NCBI GenBank assembly: GCA_038065235.1
Contig: JBBTRK010000006.1
Span: 3,255 to 67,254, forward strand
DNA length: 64,000 nucleotides
Source of the DNA: Patescibacteria group bacterium
Lineage (GTDB): Bacteria; Patescibacteriota; Patescibacteriia; PEXW01
Reading direction: 5' to 3'
The notes below the pieces were generated by a model. That model did no database searches, had not been told where the DNA came from, and was given only the letters and a program-made list of their open reading frames with translations. Made by a program: the position numbers and the translations under genes. Of the stretch, positions 10,177 to 19,766 are shown in pieces (position 1 is the stretch's first letter; each line of letters starts with the position of its first letter).

Positions 10177-11175
10177 ATGGCTACCAACCCATTTGCGAAG
10201 GAAGCGGCGCGCGTTGCACGAGCAACGGGTTTTCGGCTCGGCGCGCTCCTCTACACCGCGCGGCACTATGGCCGGCAGTACCGGAACGCGATCTACCAGG
10301 GCACGTTCCGTGGCAAGCCCGCGGTGCTGAAGCTGTACGACGAGCCGCAGCCGACTGACGAGCCGCGGGCACTCGCGGCTTTTAATCGGTCGAAACGTAG
10401 TACTATCCTCCACGCGCCCAAGCTGTACGCGTCGGGCATCGTGTCACCCACGCGTGGTTGGTTGATTATGGAGCGCCTGGCAGATCAAGGTCATTTTTTA
10501 CACTCGCCACTCTCCCCTGCTGATCGAGAAGAATTCCTACGCGTGTTCATGGCGTACCGCCAGAGCTTTCCCACGAAGCCGCACCGGCCGCTGACGCTGC
10601 TGGAGCAGCTCCCAGCACACGAGTACCACACCGTTCGGATTAGCCGGTGGCTGCAGCTCGCGGTGGATACGGAGATTGCTAGGCCGTTGCGGCAGCAGGC
10701 ACTCTCCGGTAAGACGTTTGCCCCACTGTACGAGGCGGCCCTCGTGCTCTTGCGAAAGGAATTTAAAAATCGAAGAATGCTCTGGTGCCACGGCCATGTG
10801 AAGCCGAAGGAGATTTTCCAGTGCGCAGATGGCTCGTACGCCCTGACGGACTTCGCGCACACGCGCATGTACCCCGAAGGCTACGAGCTCGCGTTCATCA
10901 TCTGGGCAGACTGGATGCTGCCTGGCAACTGGCGGCTAGCGTACAGCCAGTGGAAAAAACCCATTCGCGAGTGGCTAGCGCTCATCCGCCCCCTGGCCGT
11001 GAAGCTTAGGTACAAACGTGTCGACGCACTTCTGCATGCAAGTTTGGTCGAACGTACGCTTGGTACCATCCTCGCGGATGTTGAGTCACTTGACCTCTCG
11101 TACGCCGAACGGCGGGGACGGCTGAAGCACTTGTTTCGATTGTTGCGAGAATTGCTCGATGGTCAAACATTGTAA
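10177..11175 (+). CDS. Protein-kinase-like fold phosphotransferase (APH/choline-kinase-like), specificity unknown
   Basis: 332 aa; catalytic-loop-like HGHVKPKEIF and DFG-like ALTDFAHTRMYP; starts 4 nt after rdgB stop. Confidence 0.45.
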   Translation: MATNPFAKEAARVARATGFRLGALLYTARHYGRQYRNAIYQGTFRGKPAVLKLYDEPQPTDEPRALAAFNRSKRSTILHAPKLYASGIVSPTRGWLIMERLADQGHFLHSPLSPADREEFLRVFMAYRQSFPTKPHRPLTLLEQLPAHEYHTVRISRWLQLAVDTEIARPLRQQALSGKTFAPLYEAALVLLRKEFKNRRMLWCHGHVKPKEIFQCADGSYALTDFAHTRMYPEGYELAFIIWADWMLPGNWRLAYSQWKKPIREWLALIRPLAVKLRYKRVDALLHASLVERTLGTILADVESLDLSYAERRGRLKHLFRLLRELLDGQTL

Positions 11176-11180
11176 CCTAT

Positions 11181-11993
11181 ATGCATAGCGTCATCGAAGC
11201 AATTGTACAGCGTCGAAATAAAAGTGTACCTGTTCAGGATGGCAAGAAAATTGGCCTGGTGCTGTACGGCGGGGTCATGGGCGGCATTCGGGGTGCCGGA
11301 GCGATGATTGCTTTGGAGGAAATGGGCTTGGCACATGCTTTCGACTGCATCTACACGAATTCTGCGGGATTTGCGAATGCGTCTTACCTTTTAGCTGGGG
11401 CAACACAGCTAGGGACTTCTATATACTACGAGGATCTCGCGAGTTGGAAGTTCATTAACCCTTTCCGGCTTTGGAAGATTGTGGATATTGACTTCCTAAT
11501 TTCCGTCATGCGGGAAGGTAAGCACTTACCAATTGAAAATATTCTTGCGTCTCACACAAAGCTGTTTGTTGCGCTACAGAATGTGCAAAAACATCAAGCC
11601 GAGTACCTTGAAGTGCATAGTGAGCCGAGTGAGCAGTACTTGGAACTCATGCGGGCTGCAACCTCAATACCATTTCTTCACCCTGGTACCGTGAATATTC
11701 ACGATAAGCCATACATGGACATACCGTTGCACCAGCCAGATTTGCACATTGATAAAGCTTTAGCCAATGGCTGCACCGAGGTTCTTGTAATAGCAAATTA
11801 CTCTAGTCAACTTCCTATAGGGCTCATAGCTGACCGACGAGTGTGTATCATTCAACCCGCACCGTCGTGGAAGCTTGCGCGTCTTGAGCGGCAGTCTACA
11901 AGACTACAGCTAGCATGTGTACAGATGGGGACGCTGGTGTTTCAATCATTTGGGGTTGAGAGAGAAATAACATTAGGGTATGCAAAGCTTTAA
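11181..11993 (+). CDS. Patatin-like phospholipase
   Basis: 270 aa; oxyanion-hole motif LVLYGGVMGGIRGAG and nucleophile-elbow-like YTNSAGF, consistent with patatin family (catalytic Ser-Asp dyad). Confidence 0.65.
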   Translation: MHSVIEAIVQRRNKSVPVQDGKKIGLVLYGGVMGGIRGAGAMIALEEMGLAHAFDCIYTNSAGFANASYLLAGATQLGTSIYYEDLASWKFINPFRLWKIVDIDFLISVMREGKHLPIENILASHTKLFVALQNVQKHQAEYLEVHSEPSEQYLELMRAATSIPFLHPGTVNIHDKPYMDIPLHQPDLHIDKALANGCTEVLVIANYSSQLPIGLIADRRVCIIQPAPSWKLARLERQSTRLQLACVQMGTLVFQSFGVEREITLGYAKL

Positions 11994-12303
11994 CCAACGT
12001 GTTTTTGCCGTGGTGCGGAAAATTCCCAAAGGCCGCGTGGCAACGTACGGCCAGATTGCTGCACTCATCGGTAGTCCTCGCGCGGCGCAAGCAGTGGGCT
12101 GGGCGCTGCACTCGCTAGATGCAAGGCCAGATAATAGTGTACCGTGGCAGCGCGTTATCAATCGGTTGGGGTATATTTCTACAACTTGTCTTGAACATAC
12201 CGCCGACGAGCAGGCCTTCCTATTACAAAAGGAAGGGGTGAAAGTTATCAAGCAGAAGAAGATGTGGAATGTCGATTTAGAGAAGTATCTTTGGAAGCCA
12301 TGA
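11980..12303 (+). CDS. Alkyltransferase-like protein (ATL; MGMT DNA-binding domain with Trp replacing the active-site Cys)
   Basis: 107 aa; KIPKGRVATYGQIAALIGSPRAAQAVGWAL...VPWQRVIN: MGMT fold but PCHRV is replaced by PWQRV, as in Atl1/YbaZ-type ATLs; overlaps patatin gene by 14 nt. Confidence 0.7.
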   Translation: MQSFNQRVFAVVRKIPKGRVATYGQIAALIGSPRAAQAVGWALHSLDARPDNSVPWQRVINRLGYISTTCLEHTADEQAFLLQKEGVKVIKQKKMWNVDLEKYLWKP

Positions 12304-12310
12304 TATATTA

Positions 12311-12339
12311 TTAAACCTGCTCAATAGGTGTGCTATAAT
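12311..12339 (+). promoter_or_regulatory. Sigma-70-type promoter (TTAAAC-17 nt-TATAAT) ending 6 nt before the ATG at 12346, leaderless arrangement
   Basis: Perfect -10 TATAAT at about 12334-12339, 17-bp spacer, -35-like TTAAAC. Confidence 0.5.
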
Positions 12340-12345
12340 GGTGAT

Positions 12346-13020
12346 ATGAAAATTGCATTGCAGAAACGTGCTATAATATTGCGTCGAGCAGGTTGGTCGT
12401 ATAACATTATTGCATCTCGACTACATGTATCAAAAAGTTCTTTAAGTCATTGGCTTCGGAGTGTCCCATTTTTTCCAAACAGCACTGTACGGCGGCGGAT
12501 TCGTGAAGGGCCCGCTAAATCAGCGGCACAAAGTGTAGCTCGTAAACTCGCGCGTTTGACTCTGGTTAAGAGAGAGGCTGTGAAAGAATTGAGAACATTG
12601 AATGATCGTGATTGGTTTATGCTGGGACTCGGACTCTACATTGGTGAGGGGACAAAGGCGTATGAAAATATTACCATCGTTAATGCCGATGTTGGGGTTA
12701 TTAAGTTGGCCATTCGTTGGTTTACGAAAATTGGGAATTTAAACAAACAGCATTTCTCCGTTACCCTACATATCTACCCCGATATTTCGGCTGTAAAAGC
12801 AATTTCTTACTGGTCAAGAAATACGAGCATACCAAGGACACGTTTTACAAAGGTAGTTATTGACAAGCGAACGAATAAATCTCGTATTCGACATGGGCGC
12901 TTGCCTTATGGGACGGCTCATGTAACAGTGCGAAGCCATGGTGATGTGCGAAGAGGTGTGGACTTGCACCGAAAGATTATTGCTTGGATCCAACAGATTA
13001 ATAGATTTTTGCGGGTATAG
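12346..13020 (+). CDS. HTH + LAGLIDADG-like putative homing-endonuclease-family protein (free-standing); stop codon overlaps the 5' end of tRNA-Gly
   Basis: About 224 aa from ATG 12346; N-terminal HTH-like segment (GWSYNIIASRLHVSKSSLSHWLR) and LAGLIDADG-like motif WFMLGLGLYIGEGTK; AT-rich relative to neighbours. Confidence 0.45.
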   Translation: MKIALQKRAIILRRAGWSYNIIASRLHVSKSSLSHWLRSVPFFPNSTVRRRIREGPAKSAAQSVARKLARLTLVKREAVKELRTLNDRDWFMLGLGLYIGEGTKAYENITIVNADVGVIKLAIRWFTKIGNLNKQHFSVTLHIYPDISAVKAISYWSRNTSIPRTRFTKVVIDKRTNKSRIRHGRLPYGTAHVTVRSHGDVRRGVDLHRKIIAWIQQINRFLRV

Positions 13021-13084
13021 TTTAATGGTCAAACATCTCCCTTCCAAGGAGAAGTCGGGAGTTCGATTCTCCCTACCCGCTCCA
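13011..13084 (+). tRNA. tRNA-Gly (anticodon TCC), CCA encoded
   Basis: GCGGGTA acceptor / TACCCGC, anticodon loop CTTCCAA, T-arm GGGAGTTCGATTCTCCC, 3' TCCA. Confidence 0.85.
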
Positions 13085-13401
13085 CTCGACGCGTCCCGCT
13101 ACGCGGGACTTGCTCGTGGTCTTCGACCAGCTATTGAGTAGCGCAAAGAATGTTAAGTTGCGATGCGTCGAGTGTCCCGAGCGCTTGTCGAGGGACAACC
13201 ACGCGAAGCCTCGCTTAACCCCACGACCGCGTGCTCGTCCCGCAGATATGGGACTGCGCGCCACGCTCGTAGGAACCCCGAATGGAACCGAACGGGTGCG
13301 ACAACCCCAAAATATAGTATGTTGCTTTTTTCCTACAAATGTGTTTTTTTGGTACACTAATACTCTATAGGTATTGTGGGCAATATAAAAACATCCCAGG
13401 T

Positions 13402-15045
13402 ATGAACATAGAAAGTACGCCGCTAAAAGAAGCCCTGCTTGCGGGGAACTACGTCAGCACCGAGGATCTCCAACGCGCCGAGCAGTACAGCAAAGACAAC
13501 CATTCGCCGATGGTTGATTTTCTGCTGCAGGAAAACCTAATCTCCAATGATATTCTCGGCCAAGCTATGGCCGAACACTTCGGCGTGACGTACGCAGACC
13601 TCAACACCTACCCGCCTTCGCGCGAGCAGGTACTGCGTATACCCGAGCGTATCGGCAGTGCCTCCCGCGTTGTAATTTTTAAGGAAGCGAAGGGGAAGGT
13701 GACGGTTGCTACGGATAACCCGAAGCGGCCCGACCTTGCAACATCTATCCAGAACGCATTGGGTGTGAAGGACGTTACGATTGCTTACGGTTTGCCTGAT
13801 GACGTCGACGCGACACTGCGGCACTACCGCAAGCCGCTCACCACCCGTTTTGCCGAAATTCTTTCGGCTAAGCACCGCGTGGCACCCGAGCTTTTCGAAG
13901 CCATTCTCGGTGACGCGCTTAATGCTCGCGCTTCGGACGTGCACTTTGATGCGCAGGATAAAGAGGTTGTCATCCGCTTCCGCATCGATGGGGTGCTACA
14001 CGAAGCCGGCCGCATCCCAAAAATTTACTACGAGAATCTCCTCAACCGCGTTAAGGTGCAGGCGCACCTCCGCATCGACGAGCACTACGCGACGCAGGAC
14101 GGTGCCATGCGCATGGAGCATAGCGGCCGGCTTATCGACTTGCGCGTCTCCATTGCACCCACGCTGGATGGTGAGAAGATTGTCTTGCGTTTGCTAGGCG
14201 AGTACGTGAAGAACTTTACGCTCACCGACCTGGGTGTAGCCTCCCACGACCTGGGCAAAGTCTACGATGCTATCGAGAAGCCATTCGGTATGGTCATTGT
14301 CTGCGGCCCGACAGGTAGCGGCAAGACCACAACGCTGTACGGCATCCTGCGCATGCTCAACCGGCCCGAGATAAACATTGCAACTATTGAAGACCCCGTG
14401 GAGTACAAAGTGCCAGGTCTCAACCAGATTCAGGTGAATGCTGATACGAACCTGACGTTCGCCACCGGTTTGCGCTCTATTGCCCGGCAAGACCCAGATG
14501 TGATCATGGTTGGCGAAATCCGTGACCAGGAGACCGCGGACATCAGCGTGAACGCGGCACTCACCGGTCACCTGCTCCTCTCCACCTTCCACGCGAATGA
14601 CGCGGCAACGGCAATCCCCCGCCTCATGGAAATGGGTGTGGAGCCATTCCTCCTCGCTTCGACGTTGGAGCTCCTCGTGGCGCAGCGCTTAGTACGAAAA
14701 CTCTGTGAAACCTGCCGTTACAGTGAGCCAACTAAACTCGAGGATATTGAGAAGCACCTACCGTCAGCGAAGCAGTGGTTCCACGGTCGCACGCACCTCT
14801 ACCATGCCAAAGGGTGCGCGGCGTGCGGTGGGACTGGCTTCAAAGGCCGAACAGGGATCTTCGAGTTCATCCACGTCACCCGGCCGCTCCAGGAGCTCAT
14901 CCCCAAACAGCCATCGAGCCGGGAGATTTGGACCGTAGCCAGCAAGGGCGGCTCCCGCTCGCTCTTCGAGGACGGCATTGAGAAAGTGCAGAACGGCGTG
15001 ACGACGCTGGAGGAGCTGCTCCGCGTCGCAACCCCGTCACAGTAA
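13402..15045 (+). CDS. pilB: Type IV pilus assembly ATPase PilB / GspE family
   Basis: Walker A GPTGSGKTTTLY, Asp box, His box (LLSTFHANDAATAIPRLMEMG), C-terminal tetracysteine CETC...CAACGG; N-terminal GspE-N domain. Confidence 0.9.
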   Translation: MNIESTPLKEALLAGNYVSTEDLQRAEQYSKDNHSPMVDFLLQENLISNDILGQAMAEHFGVTYADLNTYPPSREQVLRIPERIGSASRVVIFKEAKGKVTVATDNPKRPDLATSIQNALGVKDVTIAYGLPDDVDATLRHYRKPLTTRFAEILSAKHRVAPELFEAILGDALNARASDVHFDAQDKEVVIRFRIDGVLHEAGRIPKIYYENLLNRVKVQAHLRIDEHYATQDGAMRMEHSGRLIDLRVSIAPTLDGEKIVLRLLGEYVKNFTLTDLGVASHDLGKVYDAIEKPFGMVIVCGPTGSGKTTTLYGILRMLNRPEINIATIEDPVEYKVPGLNQIQVNADTNLTFATGLRSIARQDPDVIMVGEIRDQETADISVNAALTGHLLLSTFHANDAATAIPRLMEMGVEPFLLASTLELLVAQRLVRKLCETCRYSEPTKLEDIEKHLPSAKQWFHGRTHLYHAKGCAACGGTGFKGRTGIFEFIHVTRPLQELIPKQPSSREIWTVASKGGSRSLFEDGIEKVQNGVTTLEELLRVATPSQ

Positions 15046-15056
15046 CACCACCACCC

Positions 15057-16112
15057 ATGCAGATTGGAGGCGCGAAGGAACGTGCGTACGTCGTTGAGAA
15101 CCTGGCCGTGCTCCTCGGCGCTGGCATGGATGTATTGTCTGCCGTCTCGGCTGTTGAGACGCAGGTGCGCTCGGTAGCGATGAAGCAGACGCTCGCGACG
15201 ATTCGAGAGGAACTCAGCAATGGCGCGGCAATTTGGCGCACACTCGATGCGGCGAAGATCCTGCCGAAGCGCGCGACGTACTTGGTGCGGTTGGGTGAAG
15301 ATTCTGGACGGCTCGCGGAGAATCTCACGCTCATCGCCAAGCAGCAAGAGAAAGACCGCCTGCTCACGTCAAAGATTCGATCCGCAATGGTGTACCCCAT
15401 TTTCGTTTTGGGTCTCACCATTGTGGTTGGCCTAGGAGTGTCGTGGTTCATCCTGCCGCGCTTGAGCACGGTATTTGGCTCGCTCAACGTCCACCTGCCA
15501 GCCATAACCAAAGCGCTCATTCAGTTTGGCGCATTTCTGCAGGACTGGGGAGCCATTGCTGTACCGGCAACTATCGTCGTCATCGGAGGGGCGATCATAG
15601 TTGCCTTTCGGCGGCCCGGGAGCAGAGCGGCACTGCAAGGGTTTGCTTTGAAAATCCCCGCGATACGGAATGTCGTGTTGGAGGTTGAGCTCACGCGGTT
15701 CGGCTTTGTCCTTGGCACGCTGCTGCAGGCTGGCTTGCCGGTCGTCGAGGCGGTGGAATCGCTAGAGCAGTCCTCGGCGATCGTGCAGTACAAGAAGCTC
15801 TACGCCAGGCTCCGTAGCGACATCGAGGATGGCGAATCATTCCACGCCAGCCTCCGCGCGTACCCCAAGAGCAATCAGCTCATTCCTATTCCGATCCAGG
15901 AACTTATTGCGACCGGTGAGCAATCTGGCAAGCTCGCCGAGATGCTGCTGCGCATCTCCGTCATCTACGAGCAGAAGACTGACCAGAGTACCAAGAACCT
16001 CTCTTCTATCCTGGAGCCAATTCTCCTCGTCATTGTTTGGCTGGGCGTGCTCGGCGTGGCTGTTGCCATCATCCTGCCCATTTACAGTCTCGTCGGGCAG
16101 TTCAACCCGTAG
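15057..16112 (+). CDS. pilC: Type IV pilus platform protein PilC / GspF family
   Basis: 351 aa with two T2SS-F repeats and 3 TM segments (MVYPIFVLGLTIVV...). Confidence 0.85.
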   Translation: MQIGGAKERAYVVENLAVLLGAGMDVLSAVSAVETQVRSVAMKQTLATIREELSNGAAIWRTLDAAKILPKRATYLVRLGEDSGRLAENLTLIAKQQEKDRLLTSKIRSAMVYPIFVLGLTIVVGLGVSWFILPRLSTVFGSLNVHLPAITKALIQFGAFLQDWGAIAVPATIVVIGGAIIVAFRRPGSRAALQGFALKIPAIRNVVLEVELTRFGFVLGTLLQAGLPVVEAVESLEQSSAIVQYKKLYARLRSDIEDGESFHASLRAYPKSNQLIPIPIQELIATGEQSGKLAEMLLRISVIYEQKTDQSTKNLSSILEPILLVIVWLGVLGVAVAIILPIYSLVGQFNP

Positions 16113-16160
16113 GTCATGCCCCGGCGCGGATTTATCCAGCACCACTTTGCAGACCACATA

Positions 16161-16631
16161 ATGCATAATTCTTCTCGACGCGTTGCCGCTCGTGACGTAC
16201 AAAGTGGTGCTGGATTTACCCTTATTGAAGTCCTTCTCTCGGTGGCTCTCATTGGGCTCATCGCCAGCATTGGCGCAGTGGTGTACCAGCAGTTGCAGAA
16301 CCGCAATGCCCTAGACGTCGCTGCGGTGACCGTGGCCACGCAGTACCGACGCGCACAAGCCTTGAGCCGCGCCGCAGACGCAGACACCACCTGGGGCGTG
16401 CGCGTGAATGCCGGCACACTCACTCTTTTCCAAGGCACCTCGTTCGCAACGCGTGTTTCCGCGTTTGACGAGGTATCCACACTCTCATCATCAATTACCC
16501 CGAGCGGCTTGGTGGAAGTTATTTTCGCCAAGCTCACGGGTTTGCCGCAGGCCACGGGCACGCTCACCCTCACCGGTCCGAACGACACGCGGACCCTCAC
16601 CCTCAATGCGCAAGGCACGGTCAGCTACTAG
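16161..16631 (+). CDS. Prepilin-type pseudopilin / minor pilin
   Basis: Class III signal ...SGAG|FTLIEVLLSVALIGLIASIGAVVY with Glu+5; start chosen at Met 16161 (alternative 16116). Confidence 0.7.
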   Translation: MHNSSRRVAARDVQSGAGFTLIEVLLSVALIGLIASIGAVVYQQLQNRNALDVAAVTVATQYRRAQALSRAADADTTWGVRVNAGTLTLFQGTSFATRVSAFDEVSTLSSSITPSGLVEVIFAKLTGLPQATGTLTLTGPNDTRTLTLNAQGTVSY

Positions 16632-18348
16632 CAAAGGTTTCTCCGTCGTCGAGGTGCTCCTCGCCGCATCGATTTTCTCGTTGCTCGTCACGGCACTGGT
16701 TGGTGCGTTCCTCTATGGCCAGGAATCGTCAGCGCTCGCCGGCGCCCGCGCCCGAGCCGGCCAGCTGGCTGATGAAGGTTTGGAAGCGAGCCGAAGCATT
16801 CGCGATGGGGCATTTACCAACCTCACCGATGGGGCGCATGGCTTGGCCGTCAGCGGCGGCGTGTGGACCTACAGCGGCACGCAGGATATTGCCGGTCAAT
16901 TTACACGAGCGGTAACCGTGAGTACCGTTGACGCAAACACGAAAACGCTCACCAGCACCGTCAGCTGGCAGCAGAATGCCCAGCGCACTGGGACAGCGAG
17001 CGCAACGACTCGGCTGACGAATTGGTCCGTGGCTGTCGCGGCACTTTTCCCGGATGGTCTGCTCGTCTATGGCGACGGCACGACCACGCCGAAGTACCGA
17101 ACCTACGCCACAAGCACGAATACATTCGGCGCCCAGACCGGCACGCTTGTCGCTACTTCTGGCCGAACCTTTACCCTACGTACGTCGCCCACGAAGACCG
17201 AGGCGATTGCTGGGTACGTGACCGCCGCTGGCGTACTCAACGTGTTGTGTTTCAATGGCACCACCTGGACAAATGATTGGTCGGTCACCGTTGGCGGCAC
17301 CGGCACCACGCGCCGTTTCGACATTGCTTACGAAACTGCGAGTGGCGATGTTATGGTGCTTTATAGCACGAACACGGCAACGACGAACGAGCTGGCGTAC
17401 CGGACGAAGTTGGGGAGCGCCGGCTGCGGTGCGGCGAACTGGGCAGCGGCGACGAACCTTAACCCTGTGCGCACCTCTGGCATCGTCCACTGGGTGAAAA
17501 TGGCGTGGGATAGGCGGGCTGGCCAGAATCTCATCACCGCCATTTGGGCGGATGCAAGTGCTGACCTCTCGGCCATGGTGTGGAGCGGCAGCGCGTGGGG
17601 CAACGAGCCGACCACGGCGATGAGCACAACCCTCGAAGTGGTTACTGCAGCACAGGATGTGGAAGATTTTGATGTGGATTACGAATCGCTGTCTGGTGAC
17701 GTTATGGTGGTGTGGTCTAATGCTGTTGTGGGTAATACCGTGCGGTACCGGGCGTGCACGGGTGGAACAGCTACCTGCACATGGAGCGCAATAACCACCC
17801 CGATATTTGCCGACGATGCAACGAATTTGGATATTTCGGCAAACCCCAATACTGACCAAATAGTTTTTGCCTCGATTGGCAATTTACAGAGCGACTTACA
17901 GCTTGGCTACTGGAGCGGTACCGCGTGGACGATTGCTACCAACGTCGATCAAACCGCCGCAACGCCACTTGCCGGGACAAAATTAGTGAGCACTGGCTGG
18001 CTCATCAATGGTGCTACAACGCGGAGCATTGTGGTTTACAACGATAGCGCAACTACGAATATTGGTTACTATGCCGGTAACCTGGGGGTCTTCACCGTGC
18101 AAGCAGATTTTGCCCCCACGCCAGTATTTGCAAATCCGCAAAAGTATTACCAGCTCGAGATGAACCCGTTGAGCAAAGACCAGCTCATGTTAAGCCTGTC
18201 GGATAACCTTAACGATTCATACAGCAAGCGTTTGCTAATGACCGCGGTACCCGCTTTCACCTGGACGAATGCCGATGGCGGGGCGCTGGTGACCACGCTT
18301 CCGCAAGCCATCAACAGCCCCTTCGCCTTTGCCTATAAGCGGTTTTAA
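16606..18348 (+). CDS. Large (about 580 aa) type IV pilin-like protein with extended Thr/Ala/Gly-rich C-terminal domain
   Basis: N-terminus MRKARSATSKG|FSVVEVLLAASIFSLLVTALVG (prepilin motif, Glu+5); the ORF-track start 16408 is an upstream out-of-context extension; overlaps previous gene by about 26 nt in a different frame. Confidence 0.65.
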   Translation: MRKARSATSKGFSVVEVLLAASIFSLLVTALVGAFLYGQESSALAGARARAGQLADEGLEASRSIRDGAFTNLTDGAHGLAVSGGVWTYSGTQDIAGQFTRAVTVSTVDANTKTLTSTVSWQQNAQRTGTASATTRLTNWSVAVAALFPDGLLVYGDGTTTPKYRTYATSTNTFGAQTGTLVATSGRTFTLRTSPTKTEAIAGYVTAAGVLNVLCFNGTTWTNDWSVTVGGTGTTRRFDIAYETASGDVMVLYSTNTATTNELAYRTKLGSAGCGAANWAAATNLNPVRTSGIVHWVKMAWDRRAGQNLITAIWADASADLSAMVWSGSAWGNEPTTAMSTTLEVVTAAQDVEDFDVDYESLSGDVMVVWSNAVVGNTVRYRACTGGTATCTWSAITTPIFADDATNLDISANPNTDQIVFASIGNLQSDLQLGYWSGTAWTIATNVDQTAATPLAGTKLVSTGWLINGATTRSIVVYNDSATTNIGYYAGNLGVFTVQADFAPTPVFANPQKYYQLEMNPLSKDQLMLSLSDNLNDSYSKRLLMTAVPAFTWTNADGGALVTTLPQAINSPFAFAYKRF

Positions 18349-18351
18349 CCC

Positions 18352-18864
18352 ATGCGCCGAACCATGCACCAGAAAGGTTTCACGCTAGTTGAGCTTCTAC
18401 TCTACGTTGCGATGACGACGATTATGGTTGGCACGATTTCGGTGTTCCTATTCATAATCTTGCAGGTACGGGTAAAGAACCAAGTTATTAATGAAGTAGA
18501 GCAGCAAGGCCAGCAAGTCGTGCAGCGCATAAATCAGGTGGTACGCAATGCCACCGGGATTACCGTACCGTCCATTGGTGTAAGCGGAGCCAGTACCACG
18601 CTTACCGTCACGCCAGCCGGAAACAGCCCCACAGTCTTCGACCTTTCCACCGGGGCGCTGCGCATTACCGAAGGTGCGGGCTCACCTATCGTCCTTACCA
18701 ACGCCCGCGTGACCGTTTCGGCGCTTACGTTTACCAATACCAGCCGCAGTGCCATATCCAAAGACCTCCGCGTAACCTTTACCCTCACGGCCGTGAATAG
18801 CAGCGGCCGCAACGAGTACGATTACACCAAGACCTTTACGACCTCTGCCCATGTCCGCCCCTAA
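18352..18864 (+). CDS. Prepilin-type pseudopilin / minor pilin
   Basis: MRRTMHQKG|FTLVELLLYVAMTTIMVGT. Confidence 0.7.
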   Translation: MRRTMHQKGFTLVELLLYVAMTTIMVGTISVFLFIILQVRVKNQVINEVEQQGQQVVQRINQVVRNATGITVPSIGVSGASTTLTVTPAGNSPTVFDLSTGALRITEGAGSPIVLTNARVTVSALTFTNTSRSAISKDLRVTFTLTAVNSSGRNEYDYTKTFTTSAHVRP

Positions 18865-19243
18865 GCCCAAAGGTTTTGTCACGCTCATGAGCGTCCTCAT
18901 CCTGGGGGCGGTCGGTGTTTCGGTGGTCGTTTCCCTCATCCAGCTGGGCTTAGGCAGCTCGCGGACCAGCTTTGCCACCGAGCAATCTATCCAGGCGCGC
19001 GGTCTCGCAGACGCGTGCGGGGAAGCAGCCTTGAGCACAATCCGGCTTACGCCAGCGTTTACAGGGACAACCCCCCTAACTTTTGGCTCTGGTACCTGCT
19101 CATTCACGGTAACGAATACCGGCGGGACAACCCGGCTCGTTGTTGCCAGTGGGACTGTTGGCACCATTCTCCGTCGAGTGAGCATTGTTGTCGCCACGGT
19201 CGCGCCAGTCACCCTTACGAGTTGGCAAGAGGTTGCGAACTAG
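18851..19243 (+). CDS. Pilin-like small protein (degenerate prepilin N-terminus)
   Basis: MSAPKPKGFVTLMSVLILGAVGVSVVVSL; hydrophobic N-terminal helix but no Glu+5; overlaps previous gene by 14 nt. Confidence 0.45.
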   Translation: MSAPKPKGFVTLMSVLILGAVGVSVVVSLIQLGLGSSRTSFATEQSIQARGLADACGEAALSTIRLTPAFTGTTPLTFGSGTCSFTVTNTGGTTRLVVASGTVGTILRRVSIVVATVAPVTLTSWQEVAN

Positions 19244-19290
19244 TCGCTTTGGCGTATACTGTACGTAGTTCACTCTTAATCCTAGGTCAT

Positions 19291-19749
19291 ATGCGCAGCA
19301 CTTCACGCGGTTTTACTCTCATCGAAATTCTGCTGGTCGTGGCGGCAATTGGCATCCTTGCCGGTATTGTTATTTTGGCAATTAACCCCAACAAGCAGCT
19401 GGGCGACACGAAGGACGCGCAGCGGAGCGCTGACGTGACCACCATTCTCAACGCGGTGTACCAGTACGCCATTGATAGTAACGGCGTTGCGCCGGCGACG
19501 ATTACCAACGGCACAGGGTGTGGCATAGCCACGCAAGAAGTCTGCAAGACCGGCGGCACCTGTACGGGGCTTACTGACCTGGGCGTGCTTACCACCAATG
19601 CCAAGTACCTTGTTGCCATGCCTACCGATCCAACGGGTGCATCCACCAACGGGGCTGGCTACGAAGTGTATAAGAACGCCACGACAAGCCGCATCACGGT
19701 TTGCGCGCCAGATGTGGAGCAGAGCGCTACAATATCCGTTACTCGGTAA
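19291..19749 (+). CDS. Type IV pilin, candidate major pilin (about 152 aa, Cys-containing C-terminal region)
   Basis: MRSTSRG|FTLIEILLVVAAIGILAGIVILAI; four Cys in C-terminal half; followed by strong hairpin. The ORF-track start 19015 is an N-terminal shadow extension. Confidence 0.7.
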   Translation: MRSTSRGFTLIEILLVVAAIGILAGIVILAINPNKQLGDTKDAQRSADVTTILNAVYQYAIDSNGVAPATITNGTGCGIATQEVCKTGGTCTGLTDLGVLTTNAKYLVAMPTDPTGASTNGAGYEVYKNATTSRITVCAPDVEQSATISVTR

Positions 19750-19766
19750 CATTCTCATTCATTCAG

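Noticed and set aside
16408-16605. N-terminal extension of the large pilin ORF (start 16408)
   Set aside because: The upstream 66 codons are Arg/Pro/Ser-rich nonsense overlapping the preceding pseudopilin gene. A Met at 16606 sits exactly 10 residues before the G|FSVVE prepilin cleavage motif.
19015-19290. N-terminal extension of the major pilin ORF (start 19015)
   Set aside because: It overlaps the 3' half of the upstream pilin-like gene in another frame. Met 19291 gives a canonical 7-aa leader before G|FTLIE.
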